DNA of 64,000 bases from a virus. Positions 58,642 through 64,000 of the stretch are shown here, piece after piece; the first letter of the stretch is position 1, and the number at the start of each line of letters is the position of its first letter. The stretch spans positions 5,076 through 69,075 of IMG/VR virus record IMGVR_UViG_3300021961_000073; one strand, 5' to 3'. Made by a program: the position numbers and the translations under genes. The notes below the pieces were generated by a model. The model saw only the letters and a program-made list of their open reading frames with translations, was not told where the DNA came from and ran no database searches.

Positions 58642-58653
58642 GGAGATCCAAAA

Positions 58654-59982
58654 ATGGAATCTTATGATCGCTTGATCGAAAAATGGGCTCCAGTTCTCAA
58701 TGAAGAATCTGCTGGCGCCATTAAAGATCACCACAGAAAGGCAGTTACTGCTGCTGTTCTAGAAAACCAAGAGCGCGCTCTCATGGAAGAGGGTGCACTC
58801 TACGAAGCTGCTCCAGGCAACGCTACCGGTTCGGCTGCTAACTGGAATCCAGTTCTTATCTCTCTCGTTCGTCGCGCTATGCCAAACATGATGGCATATG
58901 ACGTATGCGGTGTTCAGCCAATGACCGGCCCAACCGGCTTGATCTTCGCAATGAAGTCACGCTATGGCGCTGGTTCAACCAGCTCAACGGAAGCTCTCTT
59001 CAACGAAGCTAACACTGCTTGGTCTGGCGACTCTTCAAGCTCCAACGGTTCTGCTGGCGCTTCCGGTCTTTCTGGTGTAACCGATGCAGACGCAGACAGC
59101 ACCATCGACGATCAACGCGTTACTGCTATCTTCGCTGGCGGTATGCCAACGGGAGACGCGGAAGGTCTTGGATCATCGGGTGGTGGTCCTGCTTCAACCT
59201 TCAACGAGATGGGCTTCACCATCGAAAAGGCAACCGTTACTGCAAAGTCACGTGCGCTCAAAGCTGAGTACAGCTTGGAATTGGCTCAGGACCTTAAGGC
59301 TATCCACGGTCTTGACGCTGAGACGGAACTCGCAAACATTCTCAGCACGGAAATCCTTGCTGAAATCAACCGCGAAGTTATCCGGACCATCAACAGCCAA
59401 GCTAAGACTGGCGCTCTGACCGCTAACATAACAACTCAAGGCATCTTCGACCTCAGCACCGACGCTGATGGCCGTTGGTCCGTAGAGAAGATCAAAGGCT
59501 TGATCGTACAGATCGAGCGCGAAGCTAACGTAATCGCTAAAGAAACCCGTCGCGGTAAAGGCAACTTCATCATCTGCTCGTCAGACGTTGCTTCTGCTCT
59601 TGCTGCTTCAGGCATGCTCGACTATGCTCCTGCTATGTCCACAAGCCTGAACGTTGACGACACGGGCAACACCTTCGCTGGTGTTCTTAACGGTCGTACG
59701 CGAGTCTACGTTGACCCATATGCTTCCGTTGATTACGTCAACGTTGGCTACAAGGGCACAAACCCATACGACGCAGGCGTATTCTACTGCCCATACGTAC
59801 CATTAACAATGGTTCGTGCAGTTGCGGAAGACACCTTCCAGCCAAAGATCGGCTTCAAGACACGCTACGGCATGGCTTCGAATCCTTTCGTTGGTGCTAC
59901 ACCTGCTGATGGTCTTGCAGCTGTTAAGACCAACCAGTACTACAGAATCTTCCGGGTTGATAACCTGCTAGTTTCTGCATAA
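58654..59982 (+). CDS. gp23: Major capsid protein gp23
   Basis: LISLVRRAMP, GVQPMTGPTGLIFAM, KSRALKAEYSLELAQDLKAIHGLDAE, YCPYVPL, FQPKIGFKTRYG. Confidence 0.98.
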   Translation: MESYDRLIEKWAPVLNEESAGAIKDHHRKAVTAAVLENQERALMEEGALYEAAPGNATGSAANWNPVLISLVRRAMPNMMAYDVCGVQPMTGPTGLIFAMKSRYGAGSTSSTEALFNEANTAWSGDSSSSNGSAGASGLSGVTDADADSTIDDQRVTAIFAGGMPTGDAEGLGSSGGGPASTFNEMGFTIEKATVTAKSRALKAEYSLELAQDLKAIHGLDAETELANILSTEILAEINREVIRTINSQAKTGALTANITTQGIFDLSTDADGRWSVEKIKGLIVQIEREANVIAKETRRGKGNFIICSSDVASALAASGMLDYAPAMSTSLNVDDTGNTFAGVLNGRTRVYVDPYASVDYVNVGYKGTNPYDAGVFYCPYVPLTMVRAVAEDTFQPKIGFKTRYGMASNPFVGATPADGLAAVKTNQYYRIFRVDNLLVSA

Positions 59983-60008
59983 TAAAAAGAACAGGGCTAA
60001 CCTGTCGG

Positions 60009-60037
60009 AAAGAGCGGCTTCGGCCGCTCTTTTTTTT
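60009..60037 (+). terminator. Rho-independent terminator after gp23
   Basis: AAAGAGCGGC-TTCG-GCCGCTCTTT plus T-run; cUUCGg loop typical of T4-like phages. Confidence 0.92.
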
Positions 60038-60038
60038 G

Positions 60039-60046
60039 TATAAATA
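60039..60046 (+). promoter_or_regulatory. Late promoter (TATAAATA)
   Basis: Immediately after the terminator, upstream of gp3. Confidence 0.8.
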
Positions 60047-60065
60047 TGTCTGAAGGAGAGCTCCT

Positions 60066-60572
60066 ATGGTTGAAAACACACCACTTCAGAATAGTAATTT
60101 CTTACAACCCACTGGTTATAAGGTAGTGATTAATCGTAAGAAATTTGCTAATTTAGAATTTTTCGCACAAAGTATTTCACACCCCGATGTATCCATGACA
60201 CCGGCACCTACTCCTTTTCGGCGCGTTGATACATTTCAACCTGGGGATAAATTAGTATTTTCAGAACTAACAATACAAGCTATATTAGATGAAGGTATGT
60301 ACGTATATCAAGAAGTTTTCAAGTGGATGGAAGAATTAGTAGAGACCTCTCAAATTAGAGGTAATAGAGTCCGTCCCGACCCTGGGGACTCTCCTTTTTT
60401 CGATATCACTGTATCAGTGCTAAATAGCTCAAATAATGTAGTTCGTAATATAGTTTATAGGGATGCATTTCCTACGAATATAGGTACTATTGAATTTACT
60501 TCTACAGTAGGAGATGTTCAAGGGATTATAATGCCTATTGTGTTTAGGTATACCCAGTTTACTTTTACCTGA
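60066..60572 (+). CDS. gp3: Tail completion protein gp3
   Basis: NFLQPTG.K, EFFAQ....P, PGDKL.FSEL....LDE, DAFPT. Confidence 0.85.
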   Translation: MVENTPLQNSNFLQPTGYKVVINRKKFANLEFFAQSISHPDVSMTPAPTPFRRVDTFQPGDKLVFSELTIQAILDEGMYVYQEVFKWMEELVETSQIRGNRVRPDPGDSPFFDITVSVLNSSNNVVRNIVYRDAFPTNIGTIEFTSTVGDVQGIIMPIVFRYTQFTFT

Positions 60573-60586
60573 TATTTTGATATAAT
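60558..60586 (+). promoter_or_regulatory. Sigma70-type promoter for uvsY-uvsW
   Basis: TTTACT 60558-60563, 17 bp spacer, TG-A-TATAAT 60581-60586. Confidence 0.65.
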
Positions 60587-60613
60587 AGTAGATAAAGTGA
60601 GTGGAGATTGATT

Positions 60614-61054
60614 ATGAATTTAGAAATGATTCTTGGTATGTGGCAAGAAGATTGTAAGATCCAAGATCCATTAGACGAAGCATCGCGGCAAAGTCCCATA
60701 TTACATTCCAAATACCTAAATATGCTCACTGAAGCAAAGCTTCAGCTGAAGCGAGCCGAAATGGCGCAGAAGACTTTGTTGAAATCAAAGTGGCTTTACT
60801 ACAATGGTAAAATGACAAAGGAAGAAATCCAGGAATTAAATTGGGACTTTGATCCATTTAGAGGTTTAAAAGTATTAAAAGGTGAAATGGATTACTATTA
60901 CGACGCGGACACAGATATACAAAAGTCTGAAGAAAAAATCCAATACTGGAAGACAAACGTAGAGACGTTAACAGAGATAATAGATAATATTAAATGGCGT
61001 CATCAAAATATAGGTAATATGATACGCTGGAGACAATTTGAAGCAGGCGGTTAA
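60614..61054 (+). CDS. uvsY: Recombination mediator UvsY
   Basis: W..DCKI...LD..S...P.LHSKYL, KWLYYNGK, PF...KVLK, Y.DAD.DI, I.WR.F..G. Confidence 0.9.
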   Translation: MNLEMILGMWQEDCKIQDPLDEASRQSPILHSKYLNMLTEAKLQLKRAEMAQKTLLKSKWLYYNGKMTKEEIQELNWDFDPFRGLKVLKGEMDYYYDADTDIQKSEEKIQYWKTNVETLTEIIDNIKWRHQNIGNMIRWRQFEAGG

Positions 61055-62541
61055 TGGAAACAATAAAAATAAAAAATAAAAATTATTCCGTTATGCAGGT
61101 TGGTTGTGACTACGGAATTGCAAATGAACTAAGTGAATACTTTTCATTTTATGTGCCGGGATACAAATATATGCCGGCATATAAGAATAGAGTATGGGAT
61201 GGTAAGATTCGCTTATTTAATGTACAATCCATGGAATTACCTTGTGGGTTGTTTCCGTTCTTAAAAGAGTTCGCGCGTCCGCGAAACTATCAGCTAGAAG
61301 TTATACACGATAACTACTATGGCAGGTGTGATAGCACCGTAGCAATCGATGCAAATGAAATTAATCAGTTTGTAGAATCTTTAAATCTGCCACATAAAAT
61401 TCGAGACTATCAATTCGAGGCTGTTTGTGAGGGATTGCATCGTAAACGTGCTATTCTTATATCACCTACTGGTAGTGGTAAGTCTTTAATTATTTACGTA
61501 ATTGCAAAATATTTCTTAGAAAAAATCCGCCGAAATGAAAGGACCAAGCTTTTAGTTATAGTTCCTACCACATCACTAGTAGAGCAAATGTCCAATGACT
61601 TTGCTGAATATGGATATGATAGTGAAGTACATAAAATCTATTCTGGTAAGGATAAAAAGACTGATAAAGATATTGTTGTATCCACATGGCAATCCATTTA
61701 TAAACTACCAGCAGATTGGTTCGAACAATTCGGATGTGTAATCGGTGACGAATGTCACGGATTTAAATCTAAATCTCTTACCACTATTATGAATAAATGT
61801 CGTGAGGCTGAATATAGATTTGGTACTACTGGTACGCTTGATGGCACGCAAACACATGAGCTCGTATTACAGGGTTTATTTGGTAAGATATATAATGTGA
61901 CAACGACAAAAAAATTACAGGATGAAGATACACTCGCGAAACTTAAAATCAACATACTCCTCCTAAAGTATAATGAAGAATTAAGAAAGGGATGGGGTAA
62001 ACAAGACTACCAAACTGAATTAGATTTTATAGTTAGACATGATGGGAGAAATAATCTTATCTCTAATTTAGCTCTTGACGTTTCCGGAAATACTCTCGTT
62101 CTATTCCAATTTGTTGATAAGCACGGTAAACCATTATATGATTTAATTAGGGGTAAGGCGCATGAGAAAAGAAAAATATTCTTTGTATCCGGAGATACCG
62201 ACACATCAGATCGAGAGGCTATACGAAAGATCGTGGAAACACAAAGTAATGCAATCATCGTGGCTTCACTGGGGACTTTTAGCACTGGCATTAATATCAG
62301 GAATTTGCACAATATTATCTTTGCAAGCCCTTCAAAATCACAGATTCGAGTACTACAATCTATCGGTAGAGGACTGCGAAAAAGCGATGACGGCGCCATG
62401 GCAACACTATACGATATTGCAGACGACTTGCATTGGCGCGGAAGAAAAAATTACACTCTCGAGCACTCAGCAGAGAGAATAAAGATGTACGTTAAAGAGC
62501 AATTCCCTTACAAAATTTACGAGGTCGAATTAAATGAATAA
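61054..62541 (+). CDS. uvsW: DNA helicase UvsW
   Basis: WDGKIRLF, SPTGSGKS, STWQS, DECH, GTTGT, FSTGINI.NLH, LQSIGRGLR. Confidence 0.96.
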   Translation: METIKIKNKNYSVMQVGCDYGIANELSEYFSFYVPGYKYMPAYKNRVWDGKIRLFNVQSMELPCGLFPFLKEFARPRNYQLEVIHDNYYGRCDSTVAIDANEINQFVESLNLPHKIRDYQFEAVCEGLHRKRAILISPTGSGKSLIIYVIAKYFLEKIRRNERTKLLVIVPTTSLVEQMSNDFAEYGYDSEVHKIYSGKDKKTDKDIVVSTWQSIYKLPADWFEQFGCVIGDECHGFKSKSLTTIMNKCREAEYRFGTTGTLDGTQTHELVLQGLFGKIYNVTTTKKLQDEDTLAKLKINILLLKYNEELRKGWGKQDYQTELDFIVRHDGRNNLISNLALDVSGNTLVLFQFVDKHGKPLYDLIRGKAHEKRKIFFVSGDTDTSDREAIRKIVETQSNAIIVASLGTFSTGINIRNLHNIIFASPSKSQIRVLQSIGRGLRKSDDGAMATLYDIADDLHWRGRKNYTLEHSAERIKMYVKEQFPYKIYEVELNE

Positions 62542-62980
62542 AGCCTATCAACAATTTAAGTTACAAAGTGGGGAAGAAATAATTTGCGAGGTTGTAGAGT
62601 GGCAATCATATGAAACTGACGAAGAAACTTGGGACGTAGTTGTAGTTAAACACGCTTTCACATTATATGCCACAGTAGATTTTGCAAGAGGTATAAGATA
62701 TTATACATTTAAACCGTTTATGATGTATCAAGAAAATTCAGATCAAAAAATTACTATTGCTGCGCAGCATATCACCTCGATGGCAGAACCACATCCGTAT
62801 ATAGTAGGTCAGTGGATGGAATTTATAGATAATCTAGCAAGGATAGCAGCAGAAGAGACACCTCATGTAGATCCTTTAGATACGAAAATGGATGAGCTAG
62901 AAGAGGTCTTACGTAATATGTCTGATTCGGACAAAATAAAGATCGTCGATTTCAGGGGCAATAAAGATAAATTACACTAG
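62534..62980 (+). CDS. Conserved hypothetical protein (Sm-like N-terminus)
   Basis: QFKL.SGEEIICEV; lies between uvsW and gp55. Confidence 0.6.
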   Translation: MNKAYQQFKLQSGEEIICEVVEWQSYETDEETWDVVVVKHAFTLYATVDFARGIRYYTFKPFMMYQENSDQKITIAAQHITSMAEPHPYIVGQWMEFIDNLARIAAEETPHVDPLDTKMDELEEVLRNMSDSDKIKIVDFRGNKDKLH

Positions 62981-63009
62981 TATACTATCCTCCCTCGAAA
63001 GCACTCTTT

Positions 63010-63050
63010 ATTATACCGTTTTTTTAAATATTTGTAAACCCCCTAAATTT
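63010..63050 (-). promoter_or_regulatory. Antisense early-type promoter
   Basis: On the - strand AAATTTAGGGGG-TTTACA (63038-63033), 17 bp spacer, TATAAT (63015-63010). Confidence 0.7.
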
Positions 63051-63082
63051 AAAAATTTAGGATTTTTATTCCTTAGATCCTA

Positions 63083-63091
63083 TGATATAAT
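63083..63091 (+). promoter_or_regulatory. Extended -10 promoter for gp55
   Basis: TG-A-TATAAT with -10 at 63086-63091, upstream of the AGGAG RBS. Confidence 0.55.
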
Positions 63092-63116
63092 AGGATATAT
63101 ACGCTAGGAGCATATT

Positions 63117-63710
63117 ATGAGTAAAGAAAAACCACATTATGTGAACAATCGACAATTTAGTTTAGCTGTAGTAGAATATGTTAGAACAGTAAACGAAGCT
63201 GCAGCAGCCAATGATGATATACCAAAAGTTACAGATTATATTGCTATGTCATTCCTTAAAATCGCTGAAGGATTATCCCATAAGGCAAACTTCATCCGGT
63301 ATACCTATCGTGAAGAAATGGTCATGGATGCCGTAGAAAATTGTCTGAAAGCTATACATAACTACGATATAGACGCTGCTACACGCTCAGGTAATCCGAA
63401 TGCATTCGCATACTTTACCCAAATATGTTGGTATGCATTCCTACGCCGTATAGCAAAAGAAAAGAAACAGCAAGATATTAAATTAAAATATATTTCCCAA
63501 TCACCTCTTACTGATTTCATAGCAGATGGTGACGAGGAATCAGTCCAAGCAGCAAATATGTTTGTAGATCAATTGAGATCTAAGATTGATCAGATAAAAG
63601 AAAAAGATAGCTATTTTGACAATCTGGTCAAAGAAGAAAAAGTTAAAATACGTAAGAAGAAATATATGGCTTCAACTAGAGATTCTGACTTAGGTGAAAT
63701 ATTAGCATGA
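63117..63710 (+). CDS. gp55: Late sigma factor gp55
   Basis: HYVNN..F, FLKIAEGLSHK.NF..YTYREEM..DA.ENC, NAFAYFTQI.WYAFLRRI.KEKKQ. Confidence 0.96.
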   Translation: MSKEKPHYVNNRQFSLAVVEYVRTVNEAAAANDDIPKVTDYIAMSFLKIAEGLSHKANFIRYTYREEMVMDAVENCLKAIHNYDIDAATRSGNPNAFAYFTQICWYAFLRRIAKEKKQQDIKLKYISQSPLTDFIADGDEESVQAANMFVDQLRSKIDQIKEKDSYFDNLVKEEKVKIRKKKYMASTRDSDLGEILA

Positions 63711-64000
63711 AAGTAGCATTTCTAAATGACACACACTGTGGTGTACGAAATTCTTCTGATATCTTTTTAGATTATCAAGAGCAATTTTATGATGAAATAT
63801 TTTTTCCATACTTAATAGAAAATAATATTAAACGCATTGTACATTTAGGAGATGCATTTGATAATCGTAAGTTCATTAATTTCAAAGCATTGCATCGATA
63901 TCGTAAACATTTCTTAGCGAAGCTTAGAACTCATGGAATGCATATGGATATTATTCCAGGTAACCATGACACGTTCTATAAAAATACAAATGAGCTAAAT
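63707..64000 (+). CDS. gp47: Recombination endonuclease gp47 (Mre11/SbcD-like), 3' partial
   Basis: ATGA overlap with gp55; MKVAFLNDTHCGVRN...VHLGDAFDNRK...IIPGNHD phosphoesterase motifs. Confidence 0.92.
   Translation, partial: MKVAFLNDTHCGVRNSSDIFLDYQEQFYDEIFFPYLIENNIKRIVHLGDAFDNRKFINFKALHRYRKHFLAKLRTHGMHMDIIPGNHDTFYKNTNELN

Noticed and set aside
49464-62541. Introns, inteins or homing endonucleases in gp17, gp20, gp23 or uvsW
   Set aside because: All are contiguous and of normal length, with no intein or HNH/GIY-YIG motifs seen.
1-64000. tRNA, rRNA or an alternative genetic code
   Set aside because: Intergenic gaps are short with no cloverleaf seen; core genes translate full-length in code 11 and all three stop codons are used.

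Overview
This window is 64 kb of a large T4-like myovirus genome. It looks marine or aquatic and cyanophage/pelagiphage-like in gene order; a proteobacterial host is only an inference. Positions 1-7.3 kb are an early region of repeated sigma70-type promoter cassettes with accessory genes (2OG-Fe(II) oxygenases, a short rubrerythrin, a 5'-nucleotidase, a family III CoA-transferase), then gp33 and gp32. Next is a minus-strand late operon (gp4, gp2, gp54, gp26/gp51, tape measure), then a long plus-strand morphogenesis block running from gp48 to gp23, followed by gp3, uvsY, uvsW, gp55 and the start of gp47. TATAAATA late promoters punctuate the structural genes. Four observations stand out. (1) Two paralogous tetrapeptide-repeat proteins (33.6-38.0 kb); in the longer one the N- and C-arms are mirror-registered around an aromatic/Gly tip, suggesting a ~240-residue-per-arm fold-back hairpin appendage. 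They are followed by a chaperone-like gene, two glycosyltransferases and an oxygenase. (2) A D-S-[A/D/S] motif is enriched in surface virion proteins alongside several scattered modification enzymes, a candidate virion glycosylation system. (3) A predicted SD-stimulated -1 frameshift fuses gp26 to gp51 just upstream of the tape measure gene. (4) A consensus early promoter fires antisense into uvsW. All calls come from motif recognition and synteny by eye; no searches were run.
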